DNA from: a virus
IMG/VR virus record: IMGVR_UViG_3300020055_000004
DNA length: 64,000 nucleotides
Reading direction: 5' to 3' (one strand)
This document shows positions 48,757 to 57,586 of this stretch, in pieces. The notes under the pieces were generated by a model, which was not told the DNA's origin, did not search any database, and saw only the letters and a program-made list of their open reading frames with translations. Every line of letters starts with the position of its first letter. Within the stretch, counting starts at the first letter, position 1. The position numbers were made by a program, and so were the translations under genes.

Positions 48757-51279
48757 ATGCCTTTTCAATTAAGCCCAGGCGTTAATGTTACAGAGATCGA
48801 TTTGACGACTGTAATCCCTGCCGTAGCCACAACTGACGCCGCCATTGGTGGTGTTTTTCAGTGGGGACCGGTAGATAAGCCTTCGCTCGTTGTAAGCGAA
48901 GATGAATTAGCACAAGTTTATGGTAAGCCTAATAGCGATAATTATGAAACATGGATGACCGCTGCTAGCTTCCTATCTTATTCTAATCGTCTTTATGTTT
49001 CACGAGCTCATCACTCATTTGGAAGTGATATTCTAACGTCAGCGTACGCTCAAAGTGGTACAGACTATTTTGTAATCGATGGTACTGTTAGTGAACTGGA
49101 AACCGGCCTAGTAGTAGCTGCTATTGACGGATCAGTTTCAGAGGCAGCAATTACTGTTGATACTACAGACGCATTTGATACATTTAATGATGTTACAGCT
49201 ATTCACGACGGTGACGTACCTACAGGTCTTTTTACTGGTACATTATCTAATGTATTGAATGGCGAAGCAGTAACGCTAAGCACTGATGGTACATTGCCAC
49301 AAGGTTTTGATAACTTAACTACTTACTTTATTGTTAACTCGGTAGGAAACCAATTTGGTCTGTCACTAACTCAGGGTGGATCAGCTATTCCTTTGGTATC
49401 GACTGGCGATGGTACAGGTTCTGGATCATTGGTTCTTACTCGATCCGGTGATACTCGAGTAACTATGACTGGTCAAACATGGTCAGGCGCCACCGGTGCA
49501 GCTACATTAGAATTTCATGACGCTAGCTATTCATTCAACTCCGTAGCATTTGATGGTGCTACATCATCTGTTGCTGCTTCACACATTGTTAAAAACGATG
49601 ATTCATATACAGATGCACTGGCAGGTTTTGATGACGCAGCACGCTGGGTTGCAAAATATCCCGGTCTCATAGGCAATTCACTAAAAATTTCTGTCTGCGA
49701 TTCGAACACGGCATTTAGCTCTGATGTAGAAATCGCGGCTGGACAAGTAACTACGCTTGCTATTAATGTTGGAGCAAATACTGGTACGATTACTTCAGCG
49801 GTTGATGGCGATGTAACAAATGTTACGTCTAATCTTTCCGTAGGAGATCAAATTAAAGTTGGTAATACAACAATTGGTGTTCAGTATCTTGAAATTACAT
49901 CAATTGGAGCTGTTTCTGCTGGAGAAGCTGAAATCGAATTTGCTCAAGCTCTTACTACTACAGAAAATATTAGCGTCGCCTCTTCGGTTTCTGCAGCTGC
50001 AACCATTGAACGATATTGGCAGTATTGGGATTTAGTTGAAGGTGCACCTACTCAATCAGCTTATGTTGCATCTCAAGGTAATACAGCAGCAAATGACGAA
50101 GTTCATGTTGTTGTAATTGACGAAGATGGTAAGATTTCTGGAATTCCTAACACAGTACTTGAAGTGTATAGTGGTCTTTCTCGCGCAACTGACGCTAAAG
50201 GTGAACAAGGTAATAATATATACTACAAAGATGTGATTAATCAATCTTCAGGTTATGTTTGGTGGGCAAATGATGATACAAATGCAACATCAGCATCAGC
50301 GTTACTTGTTCAATCATCAACTAATACTGGACCTGCTACTTACTCATTTATTGGTGGCCGAGACGTCGGTACTGAAACTACATGTGCTCTAGGTGATGTA
50401 TTACGAGCTTATGACGTATATCGATCAGCTGAAGACATTGACATCTCATTGGTGTTGACTGGTAAGTCTCGAGGTGCATCAAACGGTGCACAGCTTGGTA
50501 ATTACTTGATTGACAACATTGGCGAACGACGTAAGGATTGTGTTGTATTCATCTCACCTGACAAGGATGATGTTGTTGGTAATTCATCCGATATCACAGA
50601 AGATGTTGTTCAATTTAGAAACAGCTGCCGATCATCTTCATACGCTGTACTCGACTCAGGTTATAAGTACATGTATGACAAGTATAACGACGTATATCGA
50701 TGGGTACCTATTAATGGTGACATCGCCGGTCTAGCAGCATATACAGATGAATTGCGTGATGCATGGTGGTCACCTGCAGGTTTCAATCGTGGCCAAATTA
50801 AGAATATTGTTAAGCTCGCTTGGAATCCGAAGCAAGCTGAGCGCGATATTCTTTACAAGAACGGTATTAATCCAATTGTTAACTTCCCAGGTCAAGGTAT
50901 CGTAATGTTCGGTGATAAGACTCTGTTGGCTAAGCCTTCAGCGTTCGATCGTATCAACGTACGACGACTCTTCATTGTTCTTGAGAAAGCAATTGCTACA
51001 GCTGCTAAGTTTACATTGTTTGAGTTCAATGACGAATTCACACGCGCTAGCTTTGTTAATCTTGTAACACCTTTCTTACGAGATGTTAAAGGCCGCCGAG
51101 GTGTAACAGACTTTGTAGTCGTATGTGACGAGACAAACAACACAGGTGAAGTCATCGATCGCAACGAGTTCGTTGGTGACATCTACATCAAACCTGCTCG
51201 AAGCATCAACTTTATCCAGTTGAACTTTGTCGCAGTGCGAACAGGTGTAGAATTCTCCGAAGTTATTGGAAATTTCTAA
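48757..51279 (+). CDS. gp18: Tail sheath protein gp18
   Basis: FQLSPGVNVTEIDLT, FQWGP, WWSPAGFNRG, FDRINVRRLF, IYIKPARSINFIQLNFVAVRTGVEF. Confidence 0.97.
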   Translation: MPFQLSPGVNVTEIDLTTVIPAVATTDAAIGGVFQWGPVDKPSLVVSEDELAQVYGKPNSDNYETWMTAASFLSYSNRLYVSRAHHSFGSDILTSAYAQSGTDYFVIDGTVSELETGLVVAAIDGSVSEAAITVDTTDAFDTFNDVTAIHDGDVPTGLFTGTLSNVLNGEAVTLSTDGTLPQGFDNLTTYFIVNSVGNQFGLSLTQGGSAIPLVSTGDGTGSGSLVLTRSGDTRVTMTGQTWSGATGAATLEFHDASYSFNSVAFDGATSSVAASHIVKNDDSYTDALAGFDDAARWVAKYPGLIGNSLKISVCDSNTAFSSDVEIAAGQVTTLAINVGANTGTITSAVDGDVTNVTSNLSVGDQIKVGNTTIGVQYLEITSIGAVSAGEAEIEFAQALTTTENISVASSVSAAATIERYWQYWDLVEGAPTQSAYVASQGNTAANDEVHVVVIDEDGKISGIPNTVLEVYSGLSRATDAKGEQGNNIYYKDVINQSSGYVWWANDDTNATSASALLVQSSTNTGPATYSFIGGRDVGTETTCALGDVLRAYDVYRSAEDIDISLVLTGKSRGASNGAQLGNYLIDNIGERRKDCVVFISPDKDDVVGNSSDITEDVVQFRNSCRSSSYAVLDSGYKYMYDKYNDVYRWVPINGDIAGLAAYTDELRDAWWSPAGFNRGQIKNIVKLAWNPKQAERDILYKNGINPIVNFPGQGIVMFGDKTLLAKPSAFDRINVRRLFIVLEKAIATAAKFTLFEFNDEFTRASFVNLVTPFLRDVKGRRGVTDFVVVCDETNNTGEVIDRNEFVGDIYIKPARSINFIQLNFVAVRTGVEFSEVIGNF

Positions 51280-51315
51280 TAAATAGAACAAAGCTAAATT
51301 AAAGGAGAATAACAA

Positions 51316-51822
51316 ATGGCTTTTAGCTTACAAGACTTTAAATCAGGCGCAATAGAGGCGGGCGGTTATCGTCCCGCCCTCTTTGAAGTTGTTGCTACAT
51401 CGTTTCCTGAACAGTTTAGATTTCTTTGTATGTCTTCACAGGTACCTGCTGCCACCCACGGTGTAATCGAAGTTCCTTACTTTGGCCGTAAAGTTAAGAT
51501 TGCTGGTGACAGAACGTATGCTGAATGGACAACAACTCTCATGCTCGAAGAAGATTTTGCAGTCCGAAATTCACTCGAGCAATGGGCAGATCAAATCAAC
51601 GATCCTACATCAGGTGTTCGAACATTTGGTGGTCCTGAAGATTATAAATCAGATCTTGAAATCAAATTGTATGGAAAGACAGGTGATGTCAAGCGCACAT
51701 ACAAACTAGTAGATTGTTGGCCTACAGATGTAGGTACTATAGAATTGGATTGGAATACAACTGATACGATTGGTACTTATACTGTAACTTGGGCCTTTGA
51801 TGAGATGGCTGCTGGCAGCTAA
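51316..51822 (+). CDS. gp19: Tail tube protein gp19
   Basis: RPALFEV, IEVPYFGRKVKIAGDRTYAEWT, WPTDVGTIELDW. Confidence 0.95.
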   Translation: MAFSLQDFKSGAIEAGGYRPALFEVVATSFPEQFRFLCMSSQVPAATHGVIEVPYFGRKVKIAGDRTYAEWTTTLMLEEDFAVRNSLEQWADQINDPTSGVRTFGGPEDYKSDLEIKLYGKTGDVKRTYKLVDCWPTDVGTIELDWNTTDTIGTYTVTWAFDEMAAGS

Positions 51823-51848
51823 TTTCATCCAGTTCTAAAAGTGGGTTG

Positions 51849-51889
51849 AGGGGGATTATAAATAATCTTATAGTCCCCCTTATTTTTAT
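51849..51889 (+). terminator. Rho-independent terminator-like hairpin after gp19 containing late promoter TATAAATA (51857-51864)
   Basis: AGGGGGATTATA ... TATAGTCCCCCT stem with one G-U pair, followed by TATTTTT. Confidence 0.75.
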
Positions 51890-51902
51890 CGGAGCGTTAT
51901 GA

Positions 51903-53609
51903 ATGGAACTGTTTGGATTTGAGATAAACCGCAAGAAAGAAGAGAAGCAAAAAGAAAAGCTTGTCTCCTTCGTACCTCCGTCAAACGAAGATGGTGCATT
52001 AACCGTTGCCGCCGGCGGCGTATATGGCACTTATGTCGATCTCGATGGTTCAGTCAGAACCGAAGCAGAATTAGTAAACAAATATCGTGCCATTTCGTTT
52101 GACCCTATTCTCGACATGGCAATTCAAGAAATCTGTAATGAAGCTATTGTCGAAGATTCAGACGAAGAAACAGTTAGTATTGTCCTTGACAATTTAGATA
52201 CACAAGAATCAATTAAAAAATCAATTCAAGAAGAATTTGATGAAGTATTAAAACTTCTAGAATTTAATCGTTTGAGTTATGAATTGTTTCGTCGTTGGTA
52301 TATTGATGGTCGCTTATACTATCATATACTTGTAGATGAAAAGAAACCGGCTCGAGGTATTCTAGAAGTAAGATATATTGATCCCCGCAATATCAAAAAA
52401 GTAAGAGAAGTTAAAAAAGAAAAAGATCCAAAGACTGGTGTTACAATTGAAAAAATTGTTAACGAATACTATATGTACAGTCCATCAGGATTTTTAAAGA
52501 GAACTGGATCTATAACCGGTTCATCAATGAGTTCGTACGGATCTAGTAGTCCTGCAGCAAATGCTGAAGGAATTAAAATTTCTAAAGATTCTATCGTATA
52601 TAACACCAGTGGATATCAAAGCTTAGATAACAAACTTATTCTCTCTTGGTTACAAAAAGCTATACGACCTCTTAATCAACTGCGATCTATGGAAGATTCG
52701 TTAGTAGTATATCGTATTTCTCGTGCGCCTGAACGTCGAATTTTCTATGTTGATGTAGGCGGTCTGCCAAAAGCTAAAGCAGAACAATACTTGTCTGATA
52801 TCATGACTAAGTTCAAAAATAAAGTAGTTTATGATTCTGCAACTGGCGAAATTAAAGACGATCGTAAATTCATGACAATGCTAGAAGATTTCTGGTTACC
52901 ACGAAGAGAAGGTGGTAAAGGTACAGAGATTACTACATTGCCAGGCGGTGCTAATCTAGGAGATATTGAAGACGTACAATATTTTCAAACTAATTTATAT
53001 CGTGCGCTCAATGTACCTATTTCTCGATTACAGCCAGAATCTACATATAGTCTTGGAAGAGCCACAGAGATTACCAGAGACGAAGTTAAGTTCAGTAAGT
53101 TTATCCTACGTCTTCGACAAAAGTTCTCAGAATTATTTCTGAAACTTCTCGAGAGACAACTTATCCTAAAGCAGATTTGTTTGCCAGAAGAGTGGGAAGA
53201 ATGGAAAGATGAAATTAATTTTGACTTTGCTGTCGATAACTATTTCGAAGAATTAAAATCACTAGAAATGAATCGCGATCGCATTGGTCTATTGCGAGAG
53301 ATGGAAGAATATGTTGGTAAATATTATTCTCATGAATATATTCGTCGATATGTATTGCAACAATCAGAAGAAGAAATAAAAGATCTTGATGAGCAAATTA
53401 AAGCTGAAACAACAGATCTACGATATAATGAACCTGAAGAAGAGATGGAAGATGAGCCAGAAGAAGAACCAGCACCGCCGGCTCCTACATATAAGTTAGT
53501 TCCTGATGATTCAAAAGAACAAGAAGAAAAACCAGAAAAGAAAGAGGAGTATAACGAACTTCAGGTAAACTTGATTGAAAGTATGACACGATATCTAAAC
53601 GATGAATAA
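51903..53609 (+). CDS. gp20: Portal protein gp20
   Basis: MELFGFEI, FRRWYIDGR, NQLRSMEDSLVVYRISRAPERRIFYVDVG, EDFWLPRREGGKGTEITTLPGG. Confidence 0.97.
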   Translation: MELFGFEINRKKEEKQKEKLVSFVPPSNEDGALTVAAGGVYGTYVDLDGSVRTEAELVNKYRAISFDPILDMAIQEICNEAIVEDSDEETVSIVLDNLDTQESIKKSIQEEFDEVLKLLEFNRLSYELFRRWYIDGRLYYHILVDEKKPARGILEVRYIDPRNIKKVREVKKEKDPKTGVTIEKIVNEYYMYSPSGFLKRTGSITGSSMSSYGSSSPAANAEGIKISKDSIVYNTSGYQSLDNKLILSWLQKAIRPLNQLRSMEDSLVVYRISRAPERRIFYVDVGGLPKAKAEQYLSDIMTKFKNKVVYDSATGEIKDDRKFMTMLEDFWLPRREGGKGTEITTLPGGANLGDIEDVQYFQTNLYRALNVPISRLQPESTYSLGRATEITRDEVKFSKFILRLRQKFSELFLKLLERQLILKQICLPEEWEEWKDEINFDFAVDNYFEELKSLEMNRDRIGLLREMEEYVGKYYSHEYIRRYVLQQSEEEIKDLDEQIKAETTDLRYNEPEEEMEDEPEEEPAPPAPTYKLVPDDSKEQEEKPEKKEEYNELQVNLIESMTRYLNDE

Positions 53610-54756
53610 TATTGATCCGATTGTAACCTCATTCGCTATCGCTGCAGCGAAGAAGGAAGCAAAAAAATTAGAAGATAAAATCTTCGATGTATTAGAAGAA
53701 GTTCAAACCCGCGGCCCTATGGGTCTTGATGGAGAACAAGGCCCACAAGGCCTAACTGGAAAAACCGGTCCGATGGGCCCACAAGGTCTACCCGGACCTC
53801 GTGGAGAAAAAGGAGAAACTGGTGAGCAAGGAATACAAGGAGAAACCGGAGAAATTGGACCAGCTGGTGAGCGGGGCGAAACTGGCTTACAAGGCATTCA
53901 AGGAGAACAGGGCCCACAAGGACCACAAGGGATTCAAGGAGAGATTGGTCCAATTGGTGAGCAAGGTCCGCAAGGTCCGCAAGGAGAACGCGGAGCAGAT
54001 GGACAACGCGGCGCTCAGGGAGAAAAAGGTGAAAAGGGTGACGTCGGCCCAACTGGCGCTACAGGAATTGCAGGACCGATCGGACCTCAAGGAGAAAAAG
54101 GCGATAAAGGCGATTCGGGAGAACAAGGTCCGCCGGGCAAGGATGGCAAAGATGGCCAAGACGCAGATCACGAACAAATAAAAGAACAAATCAATACTTT
54201 ATTTGATGATGCTAAAAATTATTTAGATACACAACAAAAGAATTTACAAGAGCAATTAGATGCTACTCAATTACAAGATCTAACTGAGTTTAAAGCAAAA
54301 CTTACAAAAGAAGTATCTGATACTATTGAGAAGCATAAGAAATTTATTGATACACAAATTTCTAATAAATGGGCGTCATCTGCTGGTGGTGGTTCGGTAA
54401 ATATCCTACAGATGGATGACGTTCAGTTTCAAAAGAGACATGAAGTCGAAGGCGATGCTATTTTAATATTTGATGCAAGTATAAAGAAATTTGTATCAGA
54501 ATCATTTAGCGCTATTATAGACAGATTAGAATTAAATATTGGGACGGCATTAGAAGTGCAATACGATAAATTAGTTGATCAAGAAGGTGATTTCACTTAT
54601 ATCGGTGAAGCAGCACCGGGCTCTGCTCGTGATGCGGCGGTATGGAGAATTAAAAGAGTCTATGAAATAGGCGATGATATTGAAATCATATGGGCAAATA
54701 ATACTGCCAATACAGAACTTATCTGGGACAATCGAGCAACGTACGAGTACAACTAA
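53602..54756 (+). CDS. Collagen-like protein (50 uninterrupted Gly-X-Y triplets), coiled coil and C-terminal globular domain
   Basis: Gly-X-Y tract at 53713-54162; C-terminal YIGEAAPG...WRIKR...WDNRATY. Confidence 0.9.
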   Translation: MNNIDPIVTSFAIAAAKKEAKKLEDKIFDVLEEVQTRGPMGLDGEQGPQGLTGKTGPMGPQGLPGPRGEKGETGEQGIQGETGEIGPAGERGETGLQGIQGEQGPQGPQGIQGEIGPIGEQGPQGPQGERGADGQRGAQGEKGEKGDVGPTGATGIAGPIGPQGEKGDKGDSGEQGPPGKDGKDGQDADHEQIKEQINTLFDDAKNYLDTQQKNLQEQLDATQLQDLTEFKAKLTKEVSDTIEKHKKFIDTQISNKWASSAGGGSVNILQMDDVQFQKRHEVEGDAILIFDASIKKFVSESFSAIIDRLELNIGTALEVQYDKLVDQEGDFTYIGEAAPGSARDAAVWRIKRVYEIGDDIEIIWANNTANTELIWDNRATYEYN

Positions 54757-55142
54757 TGTGTAATCCAAATTGTTTAACAACTCTCAATGACGATACACAA
54801 AAAGAAATCGCTAGCATTTCAATCGGTGATGTCATTAAAACAAAAAACTATGATACATTAGCAGATGTAGAAGCAACTGTCACTGGTAATACTGTAAAAC
54901 TAGCAGATCAAATTATTTTTTATTATACTGATGACACATTACATCAGTATGGAACTACACAAGAAATATACACTGACGATGGATGGAAATTAGCAACAGA
55001 CATTGTTATTGGAGATACGCTAAATTCTGGTAGTAAAGTTGTACAATCATGGGAAATTGAAAAAAATAAAATAGTTACAGATGTTATTTCATCTGAAAAT
55101 ACTTTTATAGCAAATGGATTTTTAGTAAGGTGTAGTGTCTAA
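54756..55142 (+). CDS. Stand-alone Hint-like domain protein (degenerate)
   Basis: KEIASISIGDVI, IYTDDGWKLATDIVIGDTL and NTFIANGFLV align by eye with Hint blocks; no TxxH and no terminal His-Asn. Confidence 0.65.
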   Translation: MCNPNCLTTLNDDTQKEIASISIGDVIKTKNYDTLADVEATVTGNTVKLADQIIFYYTDDTLHQYGTTQEIYTDDGWKLATDIVIGDTLNSGSKVVQSWEIEKNKIVTDVISSENTFIANGFLVRCSV

Positions 55143-57538
55143 TGGCTATCGGAGGAAACCCAATTGTTGTCGATTCGTCTGCTGCAAATGATACTGCTCC
55201 TGCTCAAACACAAGCGACAACTACATTTGAATTTGTCGTATCTGATACTTTTGCAAACCTAAACAACGGTGATATCGGAGCTGGAACTTTTGGTCCGGGT
55301 TCTACATATGTTGGTAGATTGGTATGTATTAGGCCACACACAAGTACAGAAGTTACTAGACGCGTTACAGCTGATACTGCAGGAACTGGCACAACTCGAA
55401 TTTTAACAGTATCAGAAGCATTTGCTTCGGGTGAAGAACCTGCACAAAACGACGAAATTCAATTTTGTTACAGAGCCGAAGATGTATCAACCGCAACAGG
55501 TTATACATATCGAACTCGAACCGGAGTATTTGAAGCCGGTAGAAATTTATTAATTGGTGATCCTACCGCTCAACCCGCAGCCGGCACTTTTCCTTGGTTA
55601 GCCGTACTTGATTCAGAATTATTTGAAATTAATGATGCTGGCGCAGCAGGTACTGGTCTTATTATTGGCCAACGATCACGTTTTCAAAGTGGATTTAAAG
55701 TTGCAGATACACCAGTATCAGGTGGTACAATACTATTTCTCAGTGCATCTGACGGCGAAAACGCATTTGAAATGGCTAATACATGTTCAATGCAAATCTA
55801 TAATACTTCCTTGATTGCACCCGTAGCAGATTTAAATAGTATCGTATATACTGGTGATACTGTAGTTGTTCCTACAGAATATAGTGAATTTGAGAATGTG
55901 TTTATTGCAAATTTGACAAATAGCTTGTCTTTAAGTGGTGCTGGATTTGATATAAAAGATGTTAGTATTACAGGTTCAGATAATACAACATCTTCAGTGG
56001 AAACAATGGATAACTTTGGTGGTGGTAGTACAGGACCGTTTGAAAATGTTATCTTTAACACATTAAGTGGATTAGCATTTCCATTTGGTGGCGGTGCTAC
56101 ACTAAGAAATTGTAAATTTATTAACTGTGTTGGAAATTTTAATGATACAAGCTCTGCAGTCGGTATTACTGCAATTGATTGTCTATATAGTAGTAACCCA
56201 CCTGATTTAAATTTAGTATCAAATGGTGGAGATGTATTTAGAGCATTAAGTACTACATCGTCTATTGATAGAGCACTTAGATTAAATCTATCAGTACAAG
56301 ATATCAATCAGTCTCCAGTAGATGCTCGATATAGAAGATATGAAGCTCTGCAAACAGACGGCCAAATCGGCAGTCCTCAGGTTTTTGGTACAGATGGTGT
56401 TGCTAACTCTTCTATCACTGCTAATACATATACGTATACGTCAGGCACCACTGTAAATACACAAAACTTTAATAATTATGCTGTAAAAATATATGAGTAC
56501 GGTGATATACCATTAGATACAGGATTGCTGAGCCCAGTAGGTAGAAATGAAGGTTGGGATTTTTCTTTTACCTCTGTTGCTGATCCAGAAATAACACAGG
56601 CAACTCAAGCCACCGCTGAATCAGAAGGAAGCGGCGCGGTGATTACTCGACACGGCGCCGGTGAAACTGATACACAACCAATGAAATTACTAGCATATGA
56701 TGGTGGCTCTGGTACTTTGCCATCAGCTGGAACGACATTAACCGCAGGTGGTGGTGCAACTGGAGATGTGGTAGAATTCTTTGATACTACATTTATTTCT
56801 GATGTTACGAGTGGATTTGTGTTAGTTGAAAACTGGAATGGTACTGAATTTGGTGATAACGAATCATTGACAGGTACTGGTTTTACAGCTACGACAGATA
56901 CTGCTTCTTTATATCAAGAATATACATGGGAGTATGATCCTACTGCAGCATCAAATACTGATATTAGAGCAATTTACGATTATCAATTCGCAGCACTTGA
57001 TACCCAAACTTCTAATACTTATACAGCATCAGTGATGGAGTTTAATGGCACTGAACACACTCATATGGTGTTTAAAGAAAATAATGAGTTATCAACTAAA
57101 CGAAATGTTACAAAAACTGAAGGCGTCTATATACGCGGTTTGCTAGCAACAGAAGTAGATTTCTTTACTTCTGATAGTGGCGCATTATTCAATTCACCAA
57201 CAGTTGTAGAATTTATAATTAGTAATTTGCATGAAGATACCGAAGTTAGATTGTTCACAGATCCAGCTCTGTCTCCATTAGGTGGTGTTGAATCAGTTGG
57301 TAATACAGCTTCATATGATACTGCGTTCACAGCTGTGGCTGGTTCGCATCCTGATGCGACAACAGGACTATATGATATTAAATATACGTATGTATATACA
57401 TCTGATACAGATATATATGTAGTAGCACATTCACTTGAATATCAATATCAAAGATTAGAAACTACTTTAGTATCTACCAATTCAACTTTGCAAGTTAATC
57501 AAATTGCTGATAGGCAATACGATGCTGGAAGTGTTTAG
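55142..57538 (+). CDS. Putative virion protein (beta-rich, possible beta-helix segment)
   Basis: 798-aa acidic Thr/Gly-rich ORF with TAATG coupling; ends DRQYDAGSV. Confidence 0.55.
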   Translation: MAIGGNPIVVDSSAANDTAPAQTQATTTFEFVVSDTFANLNNGDIGAGTFGPGSTYVGRLVCIRPHTSTEVTRRVTADTAGTGTTRILTVSEAFASGEEPAQNDEIQFCYRAEDVSTATGYTYRTRTGVFEAGRNLLIGDPTAQPAAGTFPWLAVLDSELFEINDAGAAGTGLIIGQRSRFQSGFKVADTPVSGGTILFLSASDGENAFEMANTCSMQIYNTSLIAPVADLNSIVYTGDTVVVPTEYSEFENVFIANLTNSLSLSGAGFDIKDVSITGSDNTTSSVETMDNFGGGSTGPFENVIFNTLSGLAFPFGGGATLRNCKFINCVGNFNDTSSAVGITAIDCLYSSNPPDLNLVSNGGDVFRALSTTSSIDRALRLNLSVQDINQSPVDARYRRYEALQTDGQIGSPQVFGTDGVANSSITANTYTYTSGTTVNTQNFNNYAVKIYEYGDIPLDTGLLSPVGRNEGWDFSFTSVADPEITQATQATAESEGSGAVITRHGAGETDTQPMKLLAYDGGSGTLPSAGTTLTAGGGATGDVVEFFDTTFISDVTSGFVLVENWNGTEFGDNESLTGTGFTATTDTASLYQEYTWEYDPTAASNTDIRAIYDYQFAALDTQTSNTYTASVMEFNGTEHTHMVFKENNELSTKRNVTKTEGVYIRGLLATEVDFFTSDSGALFNSPTVVEFIISNLHEDTEVRLFTDPALSPLGGVESVGNTASYDTAFTAVAGSHPDATTGLYDIKYTYVYTSDTDIYVVAHSLEYQYQRLETTLVSTNSTLQVNQIADRQYDAGSV

Positions 57539-57540
57539 AG

Positions 57541-57548
57541 TATAAATA
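57541..57548 (+). promoter_or_regulatory. T4-type late promoter TATAAATA
   Basis: Exact consensus, intergenic, followed by AGGAGA SD and ATG 57587. Confidence 0.85.
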
Positions 57549-57586
57549 ACTAGAACAATAACCCCTCTTAATAGGAGAAAACCACA

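Noticed and set aside
53713-54162. Collagen tract as the main substrate of the prolyl-hydroxylase-like enzyme
   Set aside because: Pro is almost always in the X position (only GLP and GPP have Y-position Pro), and the gene lies over 20 kb from the cassette.
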